Of a stretch of DNA of 64,000 nt, positions 49,103-59,087 are shown piece after piece. The translations under genes were made by a program, and so were the position numbers. How positions within the stretch are numbered: position 1 is the first letter of the stretch; each line of letters begins with the position of its first letter. The notes beneath the pieces were generated by a model, which saw only the letters and a list, made by a program, of their open reading frames with translations, made no database searches and was not told the DNA's origin. The DNA is from Rubrobacter sp. (GTDB lineage Bacteria > Actinomycetota > Rubrobacteria > Rubrobacterales > Rubrobacteraceae), in assembly GCA_016781775.1 (NCBI GenBank), contig JADDPR010000266.1, positions 6,485 to 70,484 on the forward strand, written 5' to 3'.

Positions 49103-49936
49103 TCACCCGAGGTTCTTTAAATCTCCGGAAGCGAAGTTTCGTTCCATCCAACCGACCGCGTGCTCGACAAGACCACGCGCGTCGAAAAGGTGGGCGGTGC
49201 CCTCTCCAACCGGTCCGCTCCTGCCCCTCCCGGCCGCAAGGGCAGAACGCGCAACGTACTCGATGTAGTCCTCATCGCCAAGGATGCGTTCGTAGGGGAA
49301 GGCACCGTCGGCGGTGTCGATGTCCGAGAAGGTCCGCCAGATGCGCTCACCCCCCTCGATCACGGGCGAGCCGTAGCTCACGCGGCGTTTGCCTGAAACC
49401 TCTGCGATAGCCTCCGCATGATGCACGAGCGTCACGGTTTCCAGCGGCGCACCCAGCACCGCCACTTGGCCACCGAGTTCGACGATCCGGGCATAGGGCG
49501 TGCCGGCGCCGTAGGCGTCGTCGTAGGGGTGAGAGGCGGTGAGCACTTCGGCGAGGGGACCGACGGCCGCCACGCCCGCCTCCGGGTGCAGGCTGTGGCG
49601 CGCCCCCGGCCAGGTCCTCAACGCCTCGGCGACCCGTCCGTGTTCGCGACGGGAGAGCGCGACGCGCGGGTCGTATGCCGGGTGCTCTTCGAGGTAGATC
49701 CGCCTGGTTTCGTCGTCCAGCGCGTCGAGGTCGTCGGGCGGCTCGTCCTGCCAGCCCGTGTAGGCCATGAGCGTCCCCCCGGGTCCCAAGGTGTCGAGAA
49801 GGGCGCGCACGACGGTCTCAGCGCCGCCGACCACTCTGCCGAGCGCGGACATCCGGCAATGAACCATCGCCACCCCGCCCGGCGCCAGCCCGAGCCTCGT
49901 CAGGTCACGAGCCAGCCCCGAACGCGCCACCAACAT
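49103..49936 (-). CDS. Aminoglycoside N(3)-acetyltransferase family protein
   Basis: LGLAPGGVAMVHCRMSALGRVVGGA, GTLM, GRVAEALRTWPGARHSLHP, LGAPLETVTLVHHAE; ATG 7 nt after TACCGT. Confidence 0.9.
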   Translation of the reverse strand: MLVARSGLARDLTRLGLAPGGVAMVHCRMSALGRVVGGAETVVRALLDTLGPGGTLMAYTGWQDEPPDDLDALDDETRRIYLEEHPAYDPRVALSRREHGRVAEALRTWPGARHSLHPEAGVAAVGPLAEVLTASHPYDDAYGAGTPYARIVELGGQVAVLGAPLETVTLVHHAEAIAEVSGKRRVSYGSPVIEGGERIWRTFSDIDTADGAFPYERILGDEDYIEYVARSALAAGRGRSGPVGEGTAHLFDARGLVEHAVGWMERNFASGDLKNLG

Positions 49937-50159
49937 ACCCCGCACGGTAGCAGGAGCACCGAAGTCAAGCCACGCCAACGACGGCGAACGTTTCTCCGTT
50001 TCCGGCGAACGAGGGGGCCGCGATTTTTTTGAGGGTGTTCGTACATACGGCCCGGGAAGTTTCGCCCGACTGCGCATGGGGCGCTCGTCTTCACCGCTCC
50101 GGGACCGTCTCTGGACTTCGTACGCGCTCCGGCGCTTCGGGATGCGTGTTTACCTCGCG

Positions 50160-50741
50160 TTACCTCCCCTCCGGGTCGATCCACTTCTTTTCGGCGGGTG
50201 GCGTGTAGTGCTTCATCGCATCCAGCAGCCGGCTTGGGTCTTCCCCGGCGAGGACGAGAGAGCGATGCTTCGGGCGGACGAAGCCCTCGGCGACGGATCT
50301 ATCGAAGAGGGAGACGAGGGGCTGCCAGTACCCGGCGACGTCGAGGAGGGCGCAGGGCTTCTCGTGTATGGAGAGCTGAGCCCAGGAGAGGACCTCGAGG
50401 AATTCTTCGAAGGTGCCGTAGCCTTCGGGCAGAGCGACGAAGCCGTCCGAGAGGTCGGCCATCATCTTCTTGCGCTCGTGCATAGAGCCGACGACGTGGA
50501 GCTCGGCGAGGCCCTCGTGCCCAATCTCCTTGGAGACCAACGCGTCCGGTATCACGCCCACCACCTCGCCACCCGCCGCGAGGGCCGAGTTCGCCACGGC
50601 CCCCATGAGCCCGACCTTGCCGCCGCCGTAGATGAGCCTTAGCCCTCGACGGGCGATCTCCTCCCCCATATGGCGTGCCGCCTCCGCATAGACCGGCCGC
50701 GAGCCCTCGCTCGAGCCGCAGAACACGCAGACGCTCTTCAT
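50160..50741 (-). CDS. LOG-family (TIGR00730) nucleotide phosphoribohydrolase
   Basis: VCVFCGSS, YGGGKVGLMG, MHERKKMM, ALPEGYGTFEE. Confidence 0.93.
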   Translation of the reverse strand: MKSVCVFCGSSEGSRPVYAEAARHMGEEIARRGLRLIYGGGKVGLMGAVANSALAAGGEVVGVIPDALVSKEIGHEGLAELHVVGSMHERKKMMADLSDGFVALPEGYGTFEEFLEVLSWAQLSIHEKPCALLDVAGYWQPLVSLFDRSVAEGFVRPKHRSLVLAGEDPSRLLDAMKHYTPPAEKKWIDPEGR

Positions 50742-50786
50742 CTTTCGTACCTCCTCCGTGGGAACGGTCTCGCTCCTGTCGCGGGG

Positions 50787-51767
50787 TTACTCGGAGAGTG
50801 CGTCCGGCTTCGGGAGGAAGACTCGCTCGTAGGTCGTCAGGGCGTAGCGGTCGGTCATGCCGGCGACGAAATCCACGGTCTGGACGACGGGATCGGGGTC
50901 CGTTCGGGGCCGCTTCTCGGGGTTTTCGAGGTAGTGCTCGAACAGGGCGGCGACCACGGTACCGGCCTTATCCGATCGTCGAAGGCTCGGGTTGTGGTAG
51001 ACGTACTCGAAGAGCCAAGTCCTGAGCTCGATCAGAGCTTCGTGGACCCTCTTGGAGAGGGTTATCTTCCTACGTTCCCAGGAAGCGGAGATCATGTCGC
51101 GCACCAGGGTGTCTATCCGAGCGCTCGTGCTGTCGCCGAGGACGGAGATTGGGCCCTTCGGCAGGTCCTCGAAGGCGATGACTCCCGCCCTGAGCGCGTC
51201 GTCGATGTCATGGTTGACGTACGCTATGCGATCGGCGATGCGGACGATCTCACCCTCCCGCGTCGACGGGTAACCTTGCCCGGTATGGTTGAGGATGCCG
51301 TCCCTGACCTCGTGGGTAAGGTTCAGACCGGCCCCTTCCCTCTCCAACACGTCCACGACGCGCAGGGAGTGCTCGTTGTGGCGGAAGGTCCGTCCGTGCT
51401 CTTCGAGGACGCGCGCGAGGGCTTCCTCGCCGACGTGGCCGAAAGGGGTGTGACCGAGGTCGTGGCCGAGGGCTATAGCCTCGGTGAGGTCCTCGTTGAG
51501 GTCAAGAGCGCGAGCGATGGTACGGGAGACCTGCATCATCTCGAGGGTGTGGGTGAGGCGGGTGCGGAAGTGGTCGCCGTCCGGGGAGATAAAGACTTGC
51601 GTCTTGTGCATCAGGCGGCGGAAGGCTTTGGCGTGCAGGATCCTGTCCCGGTCCCGTTGAAACGGGTTACGCACCCCGTCGGGCGGCTCGGGTCTCGGAC
51701 GGCCGACGCTGGTCTCGCAGGCCCATCCGGACTGGGTTCCGCCCACGCGCAGGTTCGGTTCGCTCAC
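50787..51767 (-). CDS. dgt: dGTP triphosphohydrolase-like HD protein
   Basis: FQRDRDRILH, FRRLMHKTQV, RTRLTH, HDLGHTPFGH, ADRIAY, VAGMTD. Confidence 0.95.
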   Translation of the reverse strand: MSEPNLRVGGTQSGWACETSVGRPRPEPPDGVRNPFQRDRDRILHAKAFRRLMHKTQVFISPDGDHFRTRLTHTLEMMQVSRTIARALDLNEDLTEAIALGHDLGHTPFGHVGEEALARVLEEHGRTFRHNEHSLRVVDVLEREGAGLNLTHEVRDGILNHTGQGYPSTREGEIVRIADRIAYVNHDIDDALRAGVIAFEDLPKGPISVLGDSTSARIDTLVRDMISASWERRKITLSKRVHEALIELRTWLFEYVYHNPSLRRSDKAGTVVAALFEHYLENPEKRPRTDPDPVVQTVDFVAGMTDRYALTTYERVFLPKPDALSE

Positions 51768-52531
51768 GCGGGACGGGCCGAACGCCTGTCGGGGGCGTCG
51801 AGGAAGGATGCGTTTCCGGGGGCATGAGCGATAACGTGGGCGGCGACGACCCTGCGGACGCTCTCCCCGAGGCCATCTTCTACCCGGGCCTCCTTCAGCG
51901 GCCTCGACACCAGCGTACGGAGGGCGTCGAGGGTCCCGTCCGGGAGCGGGAAGGCGTCGCCGGCGTAGCCCGCCCGGCGGCATTCGGGACAGAGCACGCC
52001 GCCCAGGGGCGGGGCGTAGTAGAGGAAGCCTTCGTCCGCGAGCCCATCAAGGTTCCGCTCGCAGGAGACGCAGGCGTCGAGGCGGAGGGCGTAGCCGGAG
52101 AGCATCGAGAGCTTCAGCGCGAAGGCCGACGCGACGCTACCGTGATCCTCCGTGCGACCCTCCAGGGTATCGAGGGCGTGGTAGAGGAGGTTGAAGACCC
52201 TGCGGTCGGCCTCGTCCCCGCCGGCGAGGGCGCGCATCGTCGCGACCAGGCCGCCGGCGGTCTCGAGGCGGGCGAGGTCCTCGCGCACGCCGTGGAAGCT
52301 CCTCAAGACCTCGACCTGGGTGATGGTGTCCAGGGTGCGGCCCTCGTAGGCGAGGAAGTCCACGCACGAGAGCGGCTCCAGCCGTCCGCCGAAGCGGGAC
52401 TTCGTGCGGCGGATGCCCTTCGCGATCACCGAGACGGACCCCGCGTCCCTCGTGTAGAGGTCGAGAATGCGGTCGGCCTCTCCGTAGCGGATCGAACGGA
52501 GGACTATGCCCTTACTCTTGTAGACCGCCAT
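51764..52531 (-). CDS. recO: DNA repair protein RecO
   Basis: GIVLRSIRYGEADRIL, AKGIRRTKSRFGGRLEP, CVSC...CPEC. Confidence 0.96.
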   Translation of the reverse strand: MAVYKSKGIVLRSIRYGEADRILDLYTRDAGSVSVIAKGIRRTKSRFGGRLEPLSCVDFLAYEGRTLDTITQVEVLRSFHGVREDLARLETAGGLVATMRALAGGDEADRRVFNLLYHALDTLEGRTEDHGSVASAFALKLSMLSGYALRLDACVSCERNLDGLADEGFLYYAPPLGGVLCPECRRAGYAGDAFPLPDGTLDALRTLVSRPLKEARVEDGLGESVRRVVAAHVIAHAPGNASFLDAPDRRSARPA

Positions 52532-53219
52532 TCTCCGCTTCCTCCATGATCGCCACGCTCCCGCTGGTCCCGAGGCGGGACGCCCCCGCGTTCAGCATCT
52601 CTATGGCGTCCTCCAGCGTCCTGATGCCTCCGGAGGCTTTCACCGAGAGCCCCTCCGGCGCCTCCTCCCTCAGGAGCGAGACGTCCTCCTGATTGGCCCC
52701 GCCCGGACCGAAGCCCGTCGAGGTCTTCACGAAGTCCGCGCCGCTGGAGGCCACGATCTGGACCGCGAGGCGCTTCATCTCGTCCGTGAGGTAGGCCGTC
52801 TCGATGATGACCTTGAGGACGACGTCGTTCAGCCCGTTGTTCATCGCAACGGCGCTCACCTCGCCGTTCAAGCTCGCAAGCTCCTCGGCCACGTAGGAGA
52901 ACTCGCCCGAGAGGAACTTCGAGATGTTCATCACCACGTCGATCTCCGAGGCGCCACCCACGATGGCGTCCCTGACCGCCGCCGCCTTCACGCCGGTCGT
53001 GTCCGCGCCGAACGGGAACGAGACCACCGTCGCGACCTTGACGTCCGTCCCCCGCAGGGCCTTCGCGGCGAGACGGACGTGGCACGGAAGGATGCAGACG
53101 GCGGCGAAGTGGTAGCGGGCCGCCTCCTCGCAGAGCTTGCGGACCTCGCCCTCCGTCGAGTTAGGCTTGAGCAGGGTGTGATCCACCGTCTTCGCGAACT
53201 CCCTGACCCTCATGCCCAA
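52512..53219 (-). CDS. deoC: Deoxyribose-phosphate aldolase
   Basis: VDHTLLKP, SFPFG, EIDVV, KVIIET, FVKTSTGF, VKASGGIR, RLGTS. Confidence 0.96.
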   Translation of the reverse strand: MGMRVREFAKTVDHTLLKPNSTEGEVRKLCEEAARYHFAAVCILPCHVRLAAKALRGTDVKVATVVSFPFGADTTGVKAAAVRDAIVGGASEIDVVMNISKFLSGEFSYVAEELASLNGEVSAVAMNNGLNDVVLKVIIETAYLTDEMKRLAVQIVASSGADFVKTSTGFGPGGANQEDVSLLREEAPEGLSVKASGGIRTLEDAIEMLNAGASRLGTSGSVAIMEEAENGGLQE

Positions 53220-53265
53220 CCGGCCACGCTCCTCCCCAGATGCTACGGAAAACCTTACGCGCGTA

Positions 53266-54177
53266 TTATAGCCCGAGCCGCTCCAGGAACCTCGGGTCGT
53301 TTCTCCAGCCGGGCGTGACCTTTACCTTGAGGTCCAGATAGATCCGGGTACCGAGCAGCTTCTCCACGTCGCGCCGGGCCTCCGTGCCGATCTGCTTGAT
53401 TGTACGGCCGTTTTTGCCGAGCACGATCATGCGCTGCGTCGAACGCTCGACGTGGATGATGGCGTACACGACCGTAACGTTCTCCTTACGCTCCACCTCG
53501 TCGATCTCGACGACGATGGCGTGCGGAACCTCCTCCCTCAGGGCGTTCAACGCTTTTTCCCGAATGTACTCCGCCAGGATAAGGGCCTCCGGATAATCCG
53601 TGACCTCCCCCTCCGGAAAGTACCGCGGCCCTTCGGGCAGAAGCCCCACCACCGCCTCATTCAGGGGCTCGACGTTCAACCCTTGGAGGGCGCTGAGAGC
53701 GAAGATCTCCTCGTAGGAGTTGGTGCCCGAGACGGCCTCGATGACCGGGAGCACGGCATCCTGACCCGGGAGGAGGTCGACCTTGTTCACGCAGGCTACG
53801 GCGGGCGTCCCGGAGTCGGCGACGAGCCGGGCCACGTAACGGTCTCCGGTACCGAGCTCCCCTTGCACCTGCGTGGCGTCGAAGAGAAGCAGGACGACGT
53901 CGGCCTCCTTGAGGCTGTCGAGCACCTGCTGTTGCATGCGATTCCGCAACGTGTCGCGGGGCTTCTGAGAGCCCGGGGTATCCACGAAGACTGCCTGGTA
54001 GCCAGGACCGTTGCGCACCCCTCGGATGGGGCTGCGCGTAGTCTGGGGGCGGGGCGAGGTTATGGAGACCTTGGTGCCAACGAGGGTATTGATGAGCGTG
54101 GACTTTCCGACGTTCGGACGGCCCACCACGGCCGCGAAGCCGCTCTTGAAGCCCTCCTCCTGCCCGTTCCTTATCAC
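53266..54177 (-). CDS. era: GTPase Era
   Basis: GRPNVGKST, PQTTR, DTPG, NKVD, EEVPH, KH domain. Confidence 0.97.
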   Translation of the reverse strand: MIRNGQEEGFKSGFAAVVGRPNVGKSTLINTLVGTKVSITSPRPQTTRSPIRGVRNGPGYQAVFVDTPGSQKPRDTLRNRMQQQVLDSLKEADVVLLLFDATQVQGELGTGDRYVARLVADSGTPAVACVNKVDLLPGQDAVLPVIEAVSGTNSYEEIFALSALQGLNVEPLNEAVVGLLPEGPRYFPEGEVTDYPEALILAEYIREKALNALREEVPHAIVVEIDEVERKENVTVVYAIIHVERSTQRMIVLGKNGRTIKQIGTEARRDVEKLLGTRIYLDLKVKVTPGWRNDPRFLERLGL

Positions 54178-54569
54178 AGGGCCTCCGGACCGAACGAGTG
54201 CGGCAGTATCTCCTCGAAGGGATACCGAAGAGGGGCGCCCCCTTCGTCGAGCACGACAACCTCCTCGCAGCCGAACTCGCGCAGCACCTGCCGGCACGCC
54301 CCGCAGGGAAAGCAGGGGGCCGCGTTCGGGCTGACCACCGCGACGAGCCGTATCTTCCGGTCCCCCGGCGGAGCGTCGGCGACCATCTTCATCACCGCGC
54401 CGCGTTCGGCGCAGATCGAGAGCCCGTAGGAAGCGTTCTCCGCGTTGCACCCATCGTATAGAGCGCCGCCTTCCGTAACGATGGCCGCACCCACCCGGAA
54501 GCCGCTGTATGGGGCGTAAGCCCGTCTCGTGACCGCCCTTGCGGCGTCGATCGCGTCGTTGAGTTGCAT
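54174..54569 (-). CDS. cdd: Cytidine deaminase (homotetrameric type)
   Basis: AYAPYSGFRVGAA, NAENASYGLSICAER, PCGACRQ. Confidence 0.96.
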   Translation of the reverse strand: MQLNDAIDAARAVTRRAYAPYSGFRVGAAIVTEGGALYDGCNAENASYGLSICAERGAVMKMVADAPPGDRKIRLVAVVSPNAAPCFPCGACRQVLREFGCEEVVVLDEGGAPLRYPFEEILPHSFGPEAL

Positions 54570-54579
54570 GTTCTCGATT

Positions 54580-55326
54580 CTATAGGAGTTGGAAGACGAC
54601 GACGGTGAGAAGGGTCCCGAGGACCGCGCCGATCGCGACCTGGTAGACGGAGTGGAAGCCCGCCTCGACCCGGCTCTGGCAGACGAGGAGGGCCATGAGC
54701 AGGGTGATCGCCGAGATCAAACCGGCGTACCGCGCCCCCCCATCGACGGCGACGAAGCTCGCCGCTACCCACGCGGCGAACGAGACGGCCGCGTGCGCGG
54801 ATGGCATCCCGCCCAGAAAGGCGTTCGGGGACCGGGTGAGCGCCTTGCCGAGCACGACGGCGATGGAGACCAGAACGAGCGCCACAAGCGTGAGGTGCCC
54901 CGGCCAGCGCCGGACCCGGTCCAGGGTCTCAAGGGAGAACGGGCCGAGGTCGTCGCCGAGGATCAGGTACCCCACGAGCACCGCCGCGACGCTCGCCACG
55001 AGCACGGCCCCCGCCGAGACGTCCTTGGCAAGCTTCGCCAGGGGATGGTACTCCTGGGTGACGAGGTCCACGGCGAACTCCATCGCCGTGTTGAACATCT
55101 CGGCCACGAAGACGACGAGGATAACGAGGACGAGCATCGCGAGCTCCAGCTTGCTCGCCCCGACGAGCAGGCTCAGGACGAGCACCGCCGCCGCAGCGAC
55201 GGCGTGAAAGCGCATGTTCCGCTGCGTCCGGACCGAGTAAACGAGCCCCCGGTAAGCGTGGTTGAAGGACCGGGCTACCCCCTGCTGGCCCTTTATGGAC
55301 CTCGCGACCTTCTTATCCCCCGCCAC
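54580..55326 (-). CDS. dgkA: Undecaprenol/diacylglycerol kinase fused to a PAP2 phosphatase domain
   Basis: SFNHAYRG, QRNMRFH, EMFNTAME, AKDVSAGAV; then GGMPSAHAA...QSRVEAGFH. Confidence 0.88.
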   Translation of the reverse strand: MAGDKKVARSIKGQQGVARSFNHAYRGLVYSVRTQRNMRFHAVAAAAVLVLSLLVGASKLELAMLVLVILVVFVAEMFNTAMEFAVDLVTQEYHPLAKLAKDVSAGAVLVASVAAVLVGYLILGDDLGPFSLETLDRVRRWPGHLTLVALVLVSIAVVLGKALTRSPNAFLGGMPSAHAAVSFAAWVAASFVAVDGGARYAGLISAITLLMALLVCQSRVEAGFHSVYQVAIGAVLGTLLTVVVFQLL

Positions 55327-55732
55327 CTACGTCCCTCAGCACGGCGCCCTGCACGGCCGCCATCTCGCTCGCCTCGAAGTCCTCCCCGTGGTCCATCCCC
55401 GAGAGGTGCAACGCCCCGTGGACCACCAGTTCCTCGATCCCCATCTCCGAGCTCGACACGCTCGGGCAGATCACGATCTCCCCGACCATCTCCCCGTACG
55501 GCCCGTCGATCTCGAAGCTCAAGACGTCGGTCGGCGCGTCTTTGTCCCTATACTTGAGGTTGAGTCCCCGAATGGTCTCCTCGTCCACGAGGGCTACCGA
55601 AACCTCGCCCATACGTTCGGGGTCGTAGCCGCGGGCGGCGAACGCGGCGGCGGCGAGCTCCGTAGCGCGCTCGGCGGAGAGCTCGCCGAAACCCAAATCA
55701 TCCAGGACGGCGACGGAGAAAGGCATAAGCAC
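55313..55732 (-). CDS. ybeY: rRNA maturation factor YbeY
   Basis: LNLKYRDKDAPTDVLSF, GEIVIC, HGALHLSGMDH. Confidence 0.95.
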   Translation of the reverse strand: MLMPFSVAVLDDLGFGELSAERATELAAAAFAARGYDPERMGEVSVALVDEETIRGLNLKYRDKDAPTDVLSFEIDGPYGEMVGEIVICPSVSSSEMGIEELVVHGALHLSGMDHGEDFEASEMAAVQGAVLRDVGGGG

Positions 55733-55733
55733 C

Positions 55734-58097
55734 CTACCCGGTCGAGCCCCTCGCGGGGGCGGGCTTCTGAGCGGGGGGCTGGGGGTACTCGATGCGCGGC
55801 CCGATAAAGCCTATAAGGGCTTCACGGATCGCCTCGCCCGTCTCGTGGATCTCGTGCATCGTGAGCTGGCACTCGTCGAACTGGCCGTCCTCGAGCTTGC
55901 CGCGGATGGTCCCATTGACGATGTCCTCGATGCGCTTGGGGGTCGGCTTGTCGAGGGACTTGACGGTCGCCTCGACGGAGTCGGCGAGCATCAAGATTCC
56001 CGCCTCCTTGCTTTTTGGCTTCGGTCCTCCGTAGCGAAAGTCCGCCTCGCGGACGTCGACGCCGGCGAGGTCGCCGCCAAGGGAGTCTTCCAGGGCCTTG
56101 CGGTAGAAGTACTCGATCCGGGTCGTGCCGTGGTGCTCGGCGATCATGTCGAGCACCTCCTGCGGGAGATTCCACTCGCGCCCGAGCCTGAGCCCGTCCT
56201 TCACGTGGCGCTTGATAATGCGTGCCGATAGCGCGGGCGTGAGGCTCTTGTGCGGGTTGGCCCGCCCGATCTGGTTCTCGATAAAGTAGTACGGATGCTC
56301 GAGCTTGCCGACGTCGTGGTAGTACGCCCCGACGCGCGCGAGCAGCGGGTCCGCCCCAATCCGCTCGGCGGCGTTCGCAGCGAGGCTGCCGACCTGAATG
56401 GAGTGCGTGAAGGTACCCGGCGCCCCGCTAAGCAGCTTGTTCAGGAGCGGGTTGCCGGTGTCTGCGAGCTCGAGCATCTTCTGCGGTGTGAGGATGTTAA
56501 AGGCGTTCTCGAGGAGCGGCAGCAGGACCATCGCGAGCATCAGCGAGAGCAGGCCGTTTACGAGCCCTATGCCGCCCTGGCCCAGAGCGCCCCTCAGGCC
56601 GTCTCCACCGATCAGGGCGAACGCGAACGTCACGACCCCCGTGACGACCGCGATGAGAAGCCCGGCCCACAAGAACTCGGTCCTCGGGCCGACGCGCAAG
56701 ACCGTGTAGATCGCGAACCCCGAGGTCAGGATCAGCACCGACGTGAGAAAGAAGTCGTTGCCGGCGATGATGCCGATGTTGACGCTCTCGATGACCACCA
56801 TGAGGAACATCAGGCGCGGCCCGAGCAGGATCGTCCCCAGGATCGAGAGGCCCGCGAGCGGTATGAGGTAAGAGGGGAGCGAGAGCACGACGAAGACGCG
56901 CGCCAGCGCCGTGAACAGGATCAGGAGCAACGCCGCGAGCAGGATCCTTATGGCGGCCTTACCCTTGAGGATCCTCTTCCCGAAGCGCTCCAGGAAGTAC
57001 CAGGCGATCCACATCTCCGTCGCCACGACTATCCCGACGCCGAGCAGCACGGACCAGGGGTTGGCCCCGCCCGTGAGACCGAGGGCCTCCAGCCGGGCGA
57101 CGTCCCCCCGGTCCAACACCTCCCCCCTGGCGACGACGCGCTCGTTCTGCGCGATGCGCCCCGACACGTCCTCGACGGAGGCGGCCGCCTCGTCCCGCGC
57201 CGCCTCCGTCGCCGCCCGATCCACGACGTAGTTCGGCGCCAAAAAGCCCCTGCTCGAGACGTCCACCACGACCGCGAGCTCGCCCGAGGCATCCCTCCTG
57301 GCCGCCTCGGAGAGCCTCTCACGTCCCTCGGAGAGCGTCACGACGAACGCAGGGAGCCCCTCGACGCCCTCGTCGGCGACGGCCGTGGATCCGTACAACT
57401 CCCGCAGGTTCTCGACCGCGTAGCGCTCGGCCTCGTCCACCCGTTCGTCCTCGAGAAAGACGAGCGAGCGGGCCACGTCACCGGGGATGGGGAAGGGTGC
57501 GGTCCCCTCCACCCGTGAGACCTTCTCCTCCGGCTCGGCCCCGGAGGCACGTATCCCGCGCACCTCTTCGAAGAAGCCCTCCACCGCCTCGACCTGCCGC
57601 GCCGGGATCTCCTCGTCCTGCCGATAAGCCTCCCTCGCGCCGTCACGCGCCTCCTGGCGCGCGGCCCCCGTGGCGACGGGGTCCACGTAGGAGACGCTAC
57701 GCTGGGCATAGACGTCGTCCTCGGCGACGCTACCGACCTCGAAGTCCGTCCCGCCGAGCCCACCCGTGTAGTAGGCGGGACGGAAATCCACGCTTATAAG
57801 GACGGTGAGCGAGAGCCAGGTGAAGAAGAGCAAGAACATGTAGAACCGCATGTGCGGGAGCCCTTCGACCCATCCCCGGAACTTCTCCATCCGTGTGGGC
57901 AGCCGATGGAACTTCTCCGGCCGTTTGCCGGGGACCGAAGGTTGCTCCGGCGGCGCCTCGACCGGGGACGCGGGTTCGGAGCCGCTCCCCGGCCCACCAC
58001 CGTTCCTGGAAGCGGCCCCGTTGGGGAAGTCCCGGGGTTCGCTGGCCTGGCCCTCGCGGGCCTCGTTGTTCGGGGGTTCGTTCACGCCACCCGCCAT
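55734..58097 (-). CDS. pgpH: 7TM-HD membrane phosphohydrolase (PgpH-like c-di-AMP phosphodiesterase)
   Basis: Extracellular domain, about 7 TM segments, APGTFTHS, YYHDVGK, YFIENQ, EHHGT, MLADSVEA. Confidence 0.88.
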   Translation of the reverse strand: MAGGVNEPPNNEAREGQASEPRDFPNGAASRNGGGPGSGSEPASPVEAPPEQPSVPGKRPEKFHRLPTRMEKFRGWVEGLPHMRFYMFLLFFTWLSLTVLISVDFRPAYYTGGLGGTDFEVGSVAEDDVYAQRSVSYVDPVATGAARQEARDGAREAYRQDEEIPARQVEAVEGFFEEVRGIRASGAEPEEKVSRVEGTAPFPIPGDVARSLVFLEDERVDEAERYAVENLRELYGSTAVADEGVEGLPAFVVTLSEGRERLSEAARRDASGELAVVVDVSSRGFLAPNYVVDRAATEAARDEAAASVEDVSGRIAQNERVVARGEVLDRGDVARLEALGLTGGANPWSVLLGVGIVVATEMWIAWYFLERFGKRILKGKAAIRILLAALLLILFTALARVFVVLSLPSYLIPLAGLSILGTILLGPRLMFLMVVIESVNIGIIAGNDFFLTSVLILTSGFAIYTVLRVGPRTEFLWAGLLIAVVTGVVTFAFALIGGDGLRGALGQGGIGLVNGLLSLMLAMVLLPLLENAFNILTPQKMLELADTGNPLLNKLLSGAPGTFTHSIQVGSLAANAAERIGADPLLARVGAYYHDVGKLEHPYYFIENQIGRANPHKSLTPALSARIIKRHVKDGLRLGREWNLPQEVLDMIAEHHGTTRIEYFYRKALEDSLGGDLAGVDVREADFRYGGPKPKSKEAGILMLADSVEATVKSLDKPTPKRIEDIVNGTIRGKLEDGQFDECQLTMHEIHETGEAIREALIGFIGPRIEYPQPPAQKPAPARGSTG

Positions 58098-58115
58098 TAT
58101 GCCCGTTCCCGGCCC

Positions 58116-59087
58116 CTAGGATGCCCCGGGCTGGTCGACGGCTTTCTCGTATGCGTCCACGATGCGCATGACGAGGTCGCTCCGGACGATGTCGTCGCGC
58201 TTGAGACGCACAAAGGCGACCCCTTCGACCCCGCCGAGCGCCTGCTGCGCGTCGTCGAGGCCGCTCGTCTTCCCGCGGGGCAGGTCGACCTGCGTCGCGT
58301 CGCCCGTGATCACCATCTTCGAGCCGAACCCCAACCGCGTCAGAAACATCTTCATCTGCTGCGGGGTCGTGTTCTGGGCCTCGTCCAGGATCACGAAAGC
58401 GTCGTTCAGCGTCCGCCCGCGCATAAACGCGAGGGGCGCCACCTCGATCGTGCCGCGCTCGAGGTGTCCGCCGAACTTGGCCGGGTCGATCATCTCGTAC
58501 AGCGCGTCGTACAGTGGCCTGAAGTAAGGGTCCACCTTCGCCATCATGTCGCCCGGCAGAAATCCCAACGACTCCCCCGCCTCGACCGCGGGCCTGGTGA
58601 GGATGATCCTGTTGACCTCGCCCCTGTTGAGCGCGTCGACCGCGAGCGCCACCGCAAGGTAGGTCTTCCCCGTTCCTGCCGGTCCCACCCCGAAGACGAC
58701 CTGGTGCTTGCGGATCGCATCGGTATACGCCTTCTGATTGCGGGTCTTTGGCGCCACACGGCGGCCCCGATGCGTGAGGATGATGTCCCCGAGGACCTCT
58801 TTGCCATCGCCGGACGAGCCCATCTTGAAGAGCCGCTCGGCGGTCTCCGGCGTAGGATGATTCCCCCTCTCGGCGAGGTCCACTAAGCCGTCGAAGACCA
58901 CCTCGGCCCGCTCCACGGCGTCCTCGGCCCCGCGCAGGACGATCTCGTTCCCGCGGACGATCACCTCGCACTCCACGAGCTCTTCGACCCTTCTCAGAAC
59001 CGAGTCCCGGTCCCCGAAGACCTCGTACTGCCTCCCCGGCGGAACCACCAGCTTGGCCTCGACCTGATTTCCAGACTTGGTGTCCGT
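58116..59087 (-). CDS. phoH: PhoH/YbeZ-family ATPase; possible ACG start
   Basis: KTRNQ, GPAGTGKTYLA, TRPAVEAGESLGFLPG, APLAFMRGRT, DEAQN, FLTRLG. Confidence 0.95.
   Translation of the reverse strand, partial: TDTKSGNQVEAKLVVPPGRQYEVFGDRDSVLRRVEELVECEVIVRGNEIVLRGAEDAVERAEVVFDGLVDLAERGNHPTPETAERLFKMGSSGDGKEVLGDIILTHRGRRVAPKTRNQKAYTDAIRKHQVVFGVGPAGTGKTYLAVALAVDALNRGEVNRIILTRPAVEAGESLGFLPGDMMAKVDPYFRPLYDALYEMIDPAKFGGHLERGTIEVAPLAFMRGRTLNDAFVILDEAQNTTPQQMKMFLTRLGFGSKMVITGDATQVDLPRGKTSGLDDAQQALGGVEGVAFVRLKRDDIVRSDLVMRIVDAYEKAVDQPGAS

Noticed and set aside
49990-50030. T7 tract as an intrinsic terminator
   Set aside because: No convincing stem precedes it and no plus-strand gene is there to terminate.
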